From the NCBI GenBank assembly GCA_964016885.1, contig OZ024742.1:291028001-291092000 (forward strand): a DNA stretch of 64,000 nucleotides, written 5' to 3'. Origin of the DNA: Eledone cirrhosa (lineage: Eukaryota). The translations under genes were made by a program, and so were the position numbers. Shown here piece by piece: positions 1 to 13,400 of the stretch. The notes beneath the pieces are model-generated. The model was not told the DNA's origin and did not search any database. It saw nothing but the letters and a program-made list of their open reading frames with translations. Positions within the stretch are counted from its first letter, which is position 1. Each line of letters begins with the position of its first letter.

Positions 1-399
1 AAATGGACGTGTAGGCGCCACGGATAAAAGCACCCAGCACTCAGTGTAAATGATGTTGGTGTTAGTAAGGGCATCTAGCTGTAGAAATCAAGCCAGAATC
101 AGTTCCCGTATGAGCAAGACATGGTCAACCGACCGGACACTGCCCACAACAGGACAACCCATCTAACCCATGCTAACATGGAAGAACGGACGTAAAACTG
201 TGATGATGATGATATAGACATATATGTGTGTGTGTGTATGATGTGTGTGTATCATCATCATCATCATTGTTCACCTTAAGAAACTACCTCACACGAAGGA
301 AATGATAAAAGAAAAAGACAAGTGGAGAGATGCTGTACTGTTCCTGCAAGCATGGAAAAATGGATGTAAAAACGATGATGATCTCTGCCATTATTGTTA

Positions 400-775
400 T
401 TTACCATGTTCCCAACAGAAATATTTTATTATGTTCCCAATAGAACTACTACTACCATACCATCCATACCATATTCCCAACTGAACAATTCCTACAGTTA
501 TTCCTATTTACCATGTTCCCAATAGAAGGATTTCTACCATGTTCCCAATAGAAGGATTTCTACCATGTTCCCAATAGAAGGATTTCTACCATGTTCCCAA
601 CAGAACTACTTCTACCATGTTTCCAATAGAACTATTTCCACCATGTTCTCAACAATTATTTCTACCATGTTCCCAACAGAACTACTCCTACCATGTTTCC
701 AACGGGAACTATTTCTACCATTACTCCTGTTTACCACATTCCTATCAGAACTATTTCTAATATGTTCTAAAGTTT
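400..775. repeat. 26-bp minisatellite (TTTCTACCATGTTCCCAATAGAAGGA)
   Basis: Visible tandem copies with period 26 (531 to 557). Confidence 0.85.
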
Positions 776-814
776 GTTATCTCCATTGCTTATGTTTTCT
801 CTTCATATTCCAAG

Positions 815-885
815 ATCGACTGTTCTGCTGTCAAAGATGTTGAATGTAATGAACCAAAAGTGAACTCAAAGATATTTTTATTCAA
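815..885 (+). CDS. TXNDC16: TXNDC16-like exon (IDCSAVKDVECNEPKVNSKIFLF)
   Basis: ccaag acceptor, gttagt donor, phase matches the next exon. Confidence 0.8.
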
Positions 886-1166
886 GTTAGTATGCCATAT
901 CAGTTTGTAATCTAATTAGTTGATTGTATTTTATGAATTCCATAAGTATTTTTTCTTAATGTTTAGAATGACTGTTAATGATAAATGCTTCATTATTCAT
1001 AGATGTCAGCCCCAGGCTTAACAGAAAACATTAGAAGTGCTCAATACAACATTATATTGTAGATATGTAGAGTCCTGTATGTGTTTATCTCACATAAGCT
1101 AACACACACACATACATACACTCATTCACACTAACACACACACACACGCATACACGCATCTATCTA

Positions 1167-1230
<64 letters not shown>

Positions 1231-1413
1231 CATACTCAGGGAGAGAGAGATGTACCTATGTATATATATATATATATAGCACTGAATTGGCAGAGTATGA
1301 CAGCAAATTGACAGTCCTTAGAATGTTCTCTACATTCGAATCCCACCAAAGTCAATTTTGCTTTTCATCCTTTCAAAGGGTAATAAAATACCAGAAATAC
1401 GAGCCCTAGTATT

Positions 1414-1452
<39 letters not shown>

Positions 1453-4400
1453 AGGCTTTATATAAATATAGATAATAGAGAGATAGATAGATAGAGAGAG
1501 AGAGAGATATGTGAGCCTATGTACACACAAACACATATATGCACATAGACATGTACTTATGTATAAACGCAAATGAAAATTCTTCTGTTTGTTATTTCAG
1601 TGGTGATGAAATTTGGGCTGATGTTCCCCTTGTTAACATGTATGATGCTGATTCCATTGTATCGAATGCTTTGCTGTAAGTAGCATTGATTTTAACTTTT
1701 ATATATACTGTAGCCCTTCGTGGTTTTACTGCCTGGAAAGAATGGAAGTGAGAATGGTCTGGTGGATGAGTGGAGTATCACAGAGAGGAAGAAAGACAAA
1801 CAATGAATTGTGGTGGATGATGGGAATAGAAATGGAATGAGATGGCTGGGTCATGTGTTGAAGAAGGATGAAAATGACTGGATGAAAGGAATAGAGCCAG
1901 TGAAGATGTTGAGAAGATAAATGGAATGAGATGGCTGGGTCAGAAGAATGAAAGTAACTGGGTGAGAGGACTAGAGCCAGTGAAGTATGTGAAGCGAAAT
2001 GAGAAATGTAATGGGTCATATGTTGAGGAATGATGTAACAAGGTTAGCATTAGTAAGCATATCCAGTCTTCGAAAAACCATGCTAAAAGACCCTTACTAT
2101 CTATCACTAACCACTTTGTAGTGTGTACTGGTAGCATTTGATCATGGTGCCAGCATTATCATGGGTTCAGCACTGCCAAACTTACAAGGTGGACTGGGTG
2201 CTTTTTACAGAATGGGTTGAGTGCATTTAATCATGGCATCAGAACTACTTTCAGTAATTTCCATGAACTGGTCCATCAACTTGGGATTTCAGTAGTGCAT
2301 CTCCTTTACAGTTCACACCTTCTATTCCAAATATTGGTCAATCTCTGATAAGTTTGCAGTTGAGCTCGTAGGAATGGAGACTTCTGGTGTCTTTGGCCCT
2401 AGGACCACCTCCCTACTCACCACCATCGGCATGGAGTTGACTGCACGTAGGTGTGAGCCTCGCAAGCAGGAATGGCTCTTCCAACGTGTCTCCCTCACCA
2501 TCATCCAGGGAAACGCCTTCTCTATTCTGTCCGCCAAGACTGCGGGGTGGCTGGTGCACAGCCACCTGTTTTGCTTATAATAGTGAGAGATGGGGAGAAT
2601 GAGATAGATGGAGGCAGTGAGTGAAAGAGAGAGAACATCAACACACACATGCACTTGATAAGACAACGATAGCAGTGACTTATATATATATATATATAGA
2701 AAGTGGCCTGCTCGCCCAGCCAGTGGGATGGCGTTATCTCATGGCTAAAACAGCACGACGTGCTGTGACCAGCGGCGCCGAATGGACACCCGACAGACTG
2801 GTCGGTCAAGGTGATCAAGGTGATATATAGAAAGAGTTTATGCTTCAAACACCAGTTTAATAAGGAGAAAATTAATTATATCAATTATATTATTAAATCC
2901 TTCTTAATTATTGAATATTTTCAAAATGATTCCAATATTATACACAATGTTTTTCATAACAAAACATAGTAATGAAAGAGTTAGATAAATCTAATCTTTG
3001 TTATCTTCAGAATACCACTTTTGGATGATTTTGAAATCATCTACACTCGAATAGAACGTCTTGAAATAGTAGCACCACTCCAAGGAGTTAAAAATGTCAT
3101 ATTTGGTTATTTATATGCTGTTGGGACAAGTGGTAAGTTATACTTTTCTGCAATAAAGCTGTATATGAACAATATATATACATATAATAAACATATTATA
3201 CACAATATATTTACATATAATAAACATAGTGTATATGGACCTATACACACTATGTTTATGTACAATAAACATACATTTAATCTTGTATTTTAAGCTTTTT
3301 GTTATTTGCCCATATCATATTTCCCTCACAAGTCTAGTTTTACATTTCTCTAAAACTGAAAAAAAAAAAAATGAAATGAAATTTACTGCTCACACTTTGT
3401 AGGTTTAACTGACCTTTAACAAGGCTGGATTTCATGAGAGGTTTCTTGAGTATTTTAATGATAAGGGTCTTCATCCTATTACACACACATGCAAAGAAGG
3501 CAACCTGTCTAGAACAGTTACTCCAAATAAATAAGGCTACACAGGATTGACATTAGCTCCATAAGCTGTAGTGAAGGCAACTTATCTGGGAGAGCAATCA
3601 ATCTGGAATAAAAACTAGTACAGGGTAGGGAGGCTCTTAAGTGCTGTCAGATATCTTCTCTAATGCTGCTTGCACAATAAAATGCACCCACTCCATGTTG
3701 TAAAGTGATTTGTGATGGGAAGGGCATCCATCCAGAAAAACTAAGCCCCTCAAATCATGAAAGTTTTGTCTGACCCATGCAAGCTGTGAATGCACATGGC
3801 TTAGAGATTAAAGTCCTGGGCACTTATCATAAGATACCATCATCATGAAATCATGGACTTTAACCTCTAAGCCATGTGCATTCACCTATTAACAAGAACA
3901 CAAATTCTTCCACACAGAGACAATACTTCTCTATTCTCTATCATATCTCTGCTTCTATTTTCTATTCTTAGTTCACCGAGTTCTTCTGGAACTGGCCTAT
4001 GTTTTCAGGCAGCAGATCCAGTTCATGTTAACCACCACACAGCGCACAATTTCAGATTTGGAGTAAGTAGTCAATCTGTATCTCTTGTGTAAAGTTTCAG
4101 TCATGCTGGAAAAGGGATGGTAACAGTATGTATGTGTAAATGAGTGAGATAGGGGGGTGGGGGTTTATGAAAAATCATGTTTATCCTCAAGTTAGAAATG
4201 AGTAAACTATTCTGTTTTGGTTGTTTCAATCATTTGTGAAATTTATTCCATTTGTTGTATTATATTATTTGTGTGTGTATATGTATGTGCACACACACAC
4301 ACACACAGTAAAGAGATAAATACACACATACATATATATATATCTGTTCAAATCATAAGGGATATAAAACTACCAGGGTGATGAATATATTAACTACAGA

Positions 4401-7400
4401 TAGAAAGGTTTATACAAATTAATAAAAATATTAAATCCAAGTATACAAACTGAGCATAATCACTATTAACATCCACACATATTTCTCTCTTTACTGTGTT
4501 ATAAAGAGCTCGTAATTATAATTACACTCTGCTTAGTACTAAACCACTATACCAACTGGAAACTACGCATCGAGTACTCACTCTGGTGAACCTAGAGTAA
4601 CTGGACATTACATTCCCTATCATCATCATCGTCTATCTTCCACGCTAGCATGGGTTTAGATGGGAATTGTCCCACTTGAGGCAAGATTGGGCAGGAGACC
4701 ATGTCTCGCTCGTATAGGACTGTCTGGTAGGTTTTCTACGGCTGGATGCCCTTCCTAACACCAACTACATTTACATTGTGGACTGAGAGGTTTTTACCGT
4801 GTTACCTACATGGCCACATTACAGCGTGGACTGTGTGTTTTTTTGTCGTGACACCAACACAACCTCATTTATTTTGGACTGGATGTTGTGGTACCAACAT
4901 AACTTTACAGAGAAAGGGTGGTGTTGGTGGGAGTAGGGGTAGTGGGATGGGGGTGTATATTTGGTTAAGAGGTGCCTACTGACTGTAGGTTTCGCTATGT
5001 ACATAGGCAAGGCGGGTCTTCTGTATTGCGTAGCGCCAAACATCTCGGTCCAGTGACATTGTCTTAGAGAGGTGTAAGTGTGTAAGGTCTGAATTTATCA
5101 AATCATCCCACGTTTCTCTGGGTCTACCTACTCCGTAACTTCCATCAATTTTGATCGCCCTGCACTTTTTTATACAGCTGTTGTCTTTCATGCACATCAC
5201 GTGGCCATACCAACGTAGTCTTCTCTTGAATAAACAGCATCTGATCCCTCTTATTCCTAATTTCTCACTTAGTTCATTTATGTTTTGCTGTTCACGTACA
5301 TTACTATTACACATCCAACGGAGCATGCATGCTTCGTTCCTCTCCAGTCTGCGCAAGTCCTCTGCACGCAATGCCCATGTCTCACTGCCATGTAACATTG
5401 CTGTTCGTATGCATGCATCATACAATCTGCCTTTTTTTTTTAGAGAGAAACCTTTAGTGGCCAATAGTGGTATAAGCTCTCTGAACTTTTTCCATCCCAT
5501 TCTGACTCTGGCTACTGTACTTTCAGAGCACCCTCCACCACTGCTGATCTTGTCACCCAGGTAACGGAAGGTGTCCACTATTTCTATAGAACCATCTGGG
5601 CAATTGAAGGAGCTAGAATCCTGTGGGCACTTGCTTCTTATTGCACCTGAGCATCGGGCACATATAAAATCTATGTTCTTAGATAGCTTGCCTGTGATCC
5701 CACTACATCTTTTATGTACCCATAGTTTACATTTGGGACATAAAATGGAATTTCTGCCTACTCCTTTCCTACACACTGAGCATGGCCATTTCCCAGAGGG
5801 GGACCTGTGCCCTATTTTCCTTTCTACATACTAGAACTTTAGTCTTAGACAAGTTAACTTTAAGGCCTTTTGATTAACTAATACCTTAACACTTCACACA
5901 AAGTAAAATATTTTGTTTTAAACATTTTCTAACCCAGAAAAAAGAGAAAAAAATAAAAGGAAAAATAAAAATTTTTCTTCCTAAACCTCAGGTTGGTTGC
6001 TATCAAGTTTGCCCCCAGCAGAGTGTCTCTCAGTAGTCTTCCATTTTGGTTGGTGTTGTTGTGGAAGTACCAGCAAGGATCTTCACTGCTCTCCTTACTC
6101 AGATGTGCATTGAAGTCCCCCAGAACAAGCAAGATGTTGTGAGCTTGTGTGGTGTTGACAGCTCTACACACCTCCTCATGGAACTCTTCTACACTCACAT
6201 CACTGTCTCCCTCGGTTGGACTATAGGCTGAGATGACTGTCAGTCTTGGGTTTCCATTGACGGTCACCCTCGACACTTGCGGGGAGACAGGTATTATTTC
6301 CCTCACCAATAGATTGGTTTTTGCACTGAAAACAAAACCCACTGCAAACAAAACCTACTGCAGCATTGGTCATGTTCTTCACTGCTGATGTCGTGATGAG
6401 CTGGCTCCTCTTCCCAATCATCACACTCCTCACGGGCTCATCATGTAGGATCCTGTGTTCTTGGATCGCAAGTATCTGCATACCACTCTCTTACCGTTTT
6501 CGCAGTTCTTATGATTATCAAAAGTAAAATTGAGATGGAAGGTTTGTGTTTCTGTTGTTTGTCTCGCATCTAACTAGAGTTTGAAAATTCTTTCTGTTTT
6601 CTAAAAAAAATGTGGCTCAGATTACTATTTGTTTAAAATGTAATTTGGTTGGTTCATGTATGGCAACATTTATATTTTTAGACAACATTCGAAGGATAAT
6701 GATACAATGATATGGTTCTTCCTGTGCCAAGAGAGTTCCACTAGCGAATCCTTTGGTGTATGTCCCACAGTGCTCTACCGAGGAAATATCACATTCCAGG
6801 CACTGGCAGCAGCCATCAAATTGGTTAATGGACCTAAATATGTAAGTATTTATTGTTGGGATGTCTAACAAAAGTTCCTATTTAAAATTTTGAAACCATA
6901 TTTCTAATGAAAGACACTATTCTATAATTTTCAGGTCATTTGGAAAATAATAAAAAAATTGGAGGGATTTATTAGTATAACTAACTTTCTTATTATTAGG
7001 CTATTGTTTAGCATATAATCTAACAAAAGTTCCTATATACAATTATGATGGAAGGTTTTTTAGATAAATATAAATACATTAAAATAAACAGATTTGTATC
7101 ACTGAACTAGGGTCAGTTTCAAGGGTTTTGGTATCAAAAAGATTACTTGTGTTAGCAGGGCAAGTGGACATTAAATGAAGGTGGTGGTGGTGGTAGTTGT
7201 GATGATGATAATTGTTTCAACTTTTGGCACAAGGCCAACAATTATCCCAGTACATTACTGGTACTTTATTTTATCGACCCTGTAAGGATGAAAGGCAAAG
7301 TTAACCTCGACGGGATTTGAAATCAGACTGTAAAGGGCCATAACTATGCTGCAAAGCAGGGTGCCTGATGCTCTACTGATAATGATATGTGAGTATTAAT

Positions 7401-10400
7401 GATGGGAAGTCATGGTGATGATTGCGGTGGTGATGATGATAGTGAAGATGGTTGTGGTGATGATTAAAAACCCTTAAAAAAACCCTGACTTTTTATGAAA
7501 AGTCTATTGGTTTCTTTATCAACCAAAATGGTTAACACCTTCTTTGTTCTGTTTCTCTCTCTGTTGTAGTATTACCTGCCTGGGAATAGAACCAATAATA
7601 TTCCTTGCAATACCTCCAACTGTTTCTACTTATTCCATTCCAATGAAAACAAAGCTGATGTGGAGAAAGTGGCTGAGTCAGTGTTAAACCTTTATATAGG
7701 TGTTATGGCTGTCATACTGGTTGATGTGTAAGTATATAGTATAACATGGCTGGGTCAGTGTTAACTCTTAGCGTCCTGTACCACATGAAACCACATTAGC
7801 AAGACATTCTTGAAAAGTGAAAAAATTAAAATTTTAAGTCTTTACTCTAATACTTCAAATTTTCACAACTTGTCCACTAGTAAAGATACTGTAAACATTT
7901 AGTACAAAACATCACTATGACTGAATCACATCAAATATTAAAGTTTTTACTGTAATACTGCAAATATTCACAACAATCTGTCTACTAGTAAAGTTACTAT
8001 AGACATTTAGTATAAACATCACTGTGACTGAATCACATTAAATATTAAAGTATTTACCGGAATACTGCAAATTTTCATAACAATCTGTCAACTAGTAAAG
8101 ATACTATAAACATTTAGAATAACAAATTTACCAAATCATTACAGGATGGGAACAATTAACTCTGTATGTAGGTGTTGTTGCTGTTATAGTGGTTGATGTA
8201 TAAGTCCTAATGCATAGTGATTATGATTCATTTAGGTATGAGCCATTTATAAACTGGAGGAGCAAATGATAGTAGTAGGTTTTCAGCTAATCTCTTCAGA
8301 AGATTGATGAAGCCTTCACATCACCATAGCTTTTTATAATGGCTGCTTTTTTTCTAATGTGCCATCACATCTGTTGCCAGTTGTCCAGTGACTGGAAGTA
8401 GAATTTGAACTCAGAGGCCGCAAAGCCAGTACATTCGACAAAGCTGCATGTTCAACTCTTTAATAATTCTGTCAATCCACAACCCTTGGATGGATACTTT
8501 ATTTATATATAGACCCTGATAAAAATAAAGGTAAAGTTGGACCTCAGCATAATTGCAAAAAGCCAGAACAAATAATGAGACATTTAATCTAATGTTTTAA
8601 CAACTCTATCAATTTTCCATTTATAAACAGAGACGATAGTTATAGGCTATAAACATAGACACAGACTATAGACATATTTTAGACATAGACTGTAGACATA
8701 GGCTATAGATATACTATAGACTTAAGGTATATTTGTAGACACATATAAAATATATTAAAACTTAAGCCAAAATCTCTTGCAGGGAATATAAGCTACACTG
8801 ACTAAAATAAATCGGTTTTACTTATAGAATTCTTTACAGTACATTCTTTAAAGTATTTGGCATTACGAGGAGGCACCAGTCATAGACACAATACCAAAAA
8901 TAACATAATGAGGAAGATGTTGATGATGATGATGATGAGGAGGCGGAGGAGTCAATATATTACATCATACATCTTCATCAAAATTTTGTTCAATCTTTCT
9001 CACTTTTATTTTTCAGGGATTCAAAAAATTTAAACCCTTCTCTTTCCCTCCCAGAAAAGACACCATCTGTAGCTCTTACTTTTGCAGGAGAAGTAAGTAG
9101 AAGAGAAATGACACCTTTTACTTATTAACTATTTAATAGAAACCTTTGTTTTATTGCAGAATTATGATCATTTTCTAATTTGACATATTTCTAATTTATT
9201 TCAATTAATTACTGTAAAGTGGTCATATTGGTGTCATGACAAAAAGTGCCCAGTCCACACTGTAAAGTGGTCATGTAGATGTCATGACAAAAAGTACCCA
9301 TCCACACTGTAAAGTGATTGTGTAGGACACAACAAAAAGCACCCAGTTCACACTACCCCCTTTTAAAGTGTACTAAGTGCATTTTATTGTGGCACCAGCA
9401 CTACTGCTTTACAGAATGTACAGGATGCAAGGATTAAACAGGTTGTCACTAATGAAATCAGTATTTTATCGGTGCTACAGACTGCTCAGATGGGCCATGT
9501 GATTCATCTTGCTTTCATGCATTCCCACTATCTCTCTGTCAACAGAGTGTAATGGGTACATTTTATGGCATCAACACTAGGGAGGTTGTCAGTCAGTTGA
9601 CTCAGCTGAAGAGCCCTTTCAACCATATGGAGGTAGAGGTGAGGATGATGACTTGTCCCATAATGGGAACTTACAAAAATAAAAGTTTCTGATTTAGGCA
9701 TAAGGCCAGCAATTTTGGGGGAAGGGAAAGTTGATTAAATCGACCCCAGTGCATTATTTGTGCTTTATTTATTGATCCCTTAAGGATGAAAGGCAAAGCT
9801 GACCTCGGCTGGATTTGAACGCAGAATGTAAAGGGACGTAACTCTATGCCGCAAAGCATGTCCGATGCTCTACCGATACTGAAAAATTATGAAGATCTAT
9901 TGTATGATATCCACCAGAAATATATGCTTATATTTTATTATAAACATTATTGTATTAATAAATTGTCTTTTTCTATTTTTCTTTTCAGAATGTAAAAACT
10001 TTCATGGGCACAGCTTTTTCTAAAGTATCTGTGATGAAGTTCCTACAAACATACATAGACTCCTCCATAGTCAAACAAGAACCATTTATTGAAGAGAAAG
10101 AAGCAATGGAAGAGTTTGCTCGTGTGTATATTTAAATTTATAATATTTTTACTACTTGTTGATTATCGTTAGAGTGCTGGACAAAATACTTTGGTGTATT
10201 TATTCTGGATCTTTTCATTTTGTGTTCAAATCTTAACAAAGTCAACTTTGCCTTTCATCCTTTTGAGGCTGATAAAATAAAGTACCAATCGAGGACAGTG
10301 GAGCGGTATAATTGCTAGAACACAAAATTATTAACCATCTTGCCAACAACAACCCTGAGCACCTTTATGAATTCCGTGTGTCTAACACCTGTGCGCATGC

Positions 10401-13400
10401 CTACAAAATCAGAAAACAGCTCCCATGATTTTTGGAAACATTTTTTCATGCTCAGAGTTGCTTAGCACGGAACAAACTACCTGCATCAGTTGTTAGCTGC
10501 TGAGACACTGCATCCTTTAAAACCTCCATGCTTCTTGAAATTCACCAACACTACACCTCATATACCCGTTCCATACACACGCATGTATGTATCTGTATAT
10601 ATCATGACTCATACACTGTTCACTTTCCTGACATTTGTACATCATTCTATGTACTATACATATCCCTTTGATGAGTTGTAGTGCACCTGAGCACTGTGCA
10701 CAATAATTTCAGTATTATATTATTATCTTTTATGATTTATATATAATTCTTATTTTTTGATATTATCTTTACTTTGTATTTACCTGATTTATTGATATAT
10801 TTTATGATCAGCATGTAGCGTACATAAGCACCTTCCAGGGTCTTAGGGACAAAGTGACATAAATCATTGTGTAAACAACCGAGGAGTTCATTGTATTGGA
10901 GTTGAACTACATAGTTACATAATAAACTGTTTAGATTGTGTAATTACAAATGATTTTGAGCTATACTGAGAGTGAAACACATGTCGTCTGAAAAAAACCT
11001 TTTTGGTACATATACTCTTCAACCCTTGTTGATGCCAAGTGGGTGCTGTTATACACCCACTACAGTTGATGTTACAATGTATTCATGTCATGGAACTGCA
11101 TGGAGTGCTAAACATAGTAATGCCAGGATTTATTGCATTACAGCTGGAATATATCATACATGGGGTAGACGTGGGCTCTGTAAGCTGTAGCGAAGGCAAC
11201 CAATCTAGGAGAGTAGACACTCCAAATAAAAACTAATACAGCGTAGAGAGGACTCTTGAGTCCTGTAAGACAACCTCTCTAGTGCTGGTGGCATGAATAA
11301 TACACCCAATCCACACTGTAAAATGGTTGGTAATAAGAAAAGCAGCCAGCCAGAAAAACCCTGCCAAAAACATTATCATCATCATCTTCATCATGTCCAA
11401 CCCATGCAAGCATGGAAAAGCGGACGTAAAAAAAACAATGGTGATGATATATGTGATGAGCTTCTGATTTTGTGGTTGCAAAGTGAACTCCTTAACTACA
11501 CAGCCATGCCAGCAGCTAAATATGACAGGCTTCTGCAGATGCTATCTACCAAATTTCTTTCACGACACATTAGTCAACCCAAGGCTATAGTAGATGACAC
11601 TTGCTCGAGGTGTCACAAAGTAGGATTGAACCTGAAACTACATGTCTACAAAATGAAATCCTGAACTCCTAAGCCATGTTATTAAATTTTTTTTATCTCT
11701 CTTGCCAGACTCTATGAATGATGATGAAGTGTCTAATGTTGTATTCAACAACAGATATGTTGAATATGACACAGATACAGTGAGGCCATTGTCAGACCAA
11801 ACATTTGCTGAACTAGAGCAGTCCTCTGAACTCACATTGGTCATCTTCTATTTACCGTGTAAGTATTTTCATCTACAAATTTATTATGGTATCTACGTTT
11901 GTTGATGTTATTGTTGTTGTTAGATAGACACATACATAGAACAAAGTCCTCATAATTTAGTGGATACATGTTTGATAAGAAGAAAATTATTGTAATTTCT
12001 TTAAATGAATGTAAAATGAAATATGGTGATTGTCAGAATAACAGAGAGAGAAGGTGAAGGAAAATTGAGGATTCAACTATCTTTACATAAATTGTAATCA
12101 AGGAATTATTAAATTAACATAATACTTGAATATAAGCAAATCCCTCCTATTTTATGTCTGAAAAATGGGCAAAAATCCAAACCCCATTTATAAGCCAAGG
12201 CAGCTAATCAACACACTATGTTTAGATGGTGTGGATTTTAAATTCTCATGATTATAAAATATATTTATGAAGTTTTAATATTTTATAAGAAGGTATGTAA
12301 TTTGAAGGCTGCGACAATGTAAAAGGTGTGGTATGATTTAAGATAAAAGAAGGTAACAAAGCTGCTCTGTTTTACCTGTTCTTTATTCAATTTTTTGATG
12401 TTTGTGTCGTTTAGAGTATAGTTTTTGATTCACAACTCCATGATGTAATGAGTTCTCAATATGTTAAGTTTCAGTAAGTTTCTCAAATTTTTGTTTACTT
12501 CTGGCCACTCACATACTAGGAGTACTTTGAAAGCAAAAGATCAAATAAGAGAACTTTTTATAAGGATAGTAGAAGAGGGAGAGAGAGACAGCAAGTGTGA
12601 GTGTGGGGAGGCAGAATGAGAAAGAGGGGTAAAGAGCAAGAGCTATAAAATAAAAATCAGAAGTAAGATTGAAAGAAAACATATTGTCAGAGAAAAACGT
12701 GTGTGTGTGCATGCATGTATGTGTATGGGATATTTATATATAAAAAAGTTCAAATTATAAAAAATTGTTGGAAATATTTTCAAGGGAATGCATAAATAAC
12801 ACCTATGGCGATGTAGTAAATGTAGAAAAACAGTTTTTCATTGTAAAATAATAACTCCACATATTTTAGCACCTTATTTACATATAATATGAAGTTGGTG
12901 AAAATCGTCAAGATGTTGTCATAAGCTGACCCCCCCCCCCCATTTTGCCATTGATTTTTTTTTTGTCACATATTCCTAGGCTTATATTCGAGTGTATATG
13001 ATAAATACTTTTTACCCTAAATTCCACGGTAGGGTTTACATAAAATCTTCCCATCATAATTTTATGTAAGGACCTTCTTTAAGTTATGTTCCAAACACCA
13101 ACTTAATAATGAGAAAGATATATTACTAAATTCTTCCAATTTTTTTTAATTATTTTCAAAATTATTTGATCTTAGGCAGTGTCTTTCATTAGAAATATAG
13201 TAATTCTATATAAGAACCTTTATTAAATTATGTTCTAAAGAGAAGATTAATAACGAGAAAGTTAGTTACATTGCTATATCTCTCCAAATTATTAATTATT
13301 TTCAAAATTATTTGAAAATCATTAGCAGTATCTTTCATTAGAAACATGGCAATTGAATGGTTAAGTCCTGCATCTTCTATACCAACATTATGTTGGTCAA

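Noticed and set aside
4472-4516. Hairpin with GAAA-UAUG on the minus strand resembling an HHR
   Set aside because: Core has two or more mismatches, no valid cleavage triplet and no stem I.
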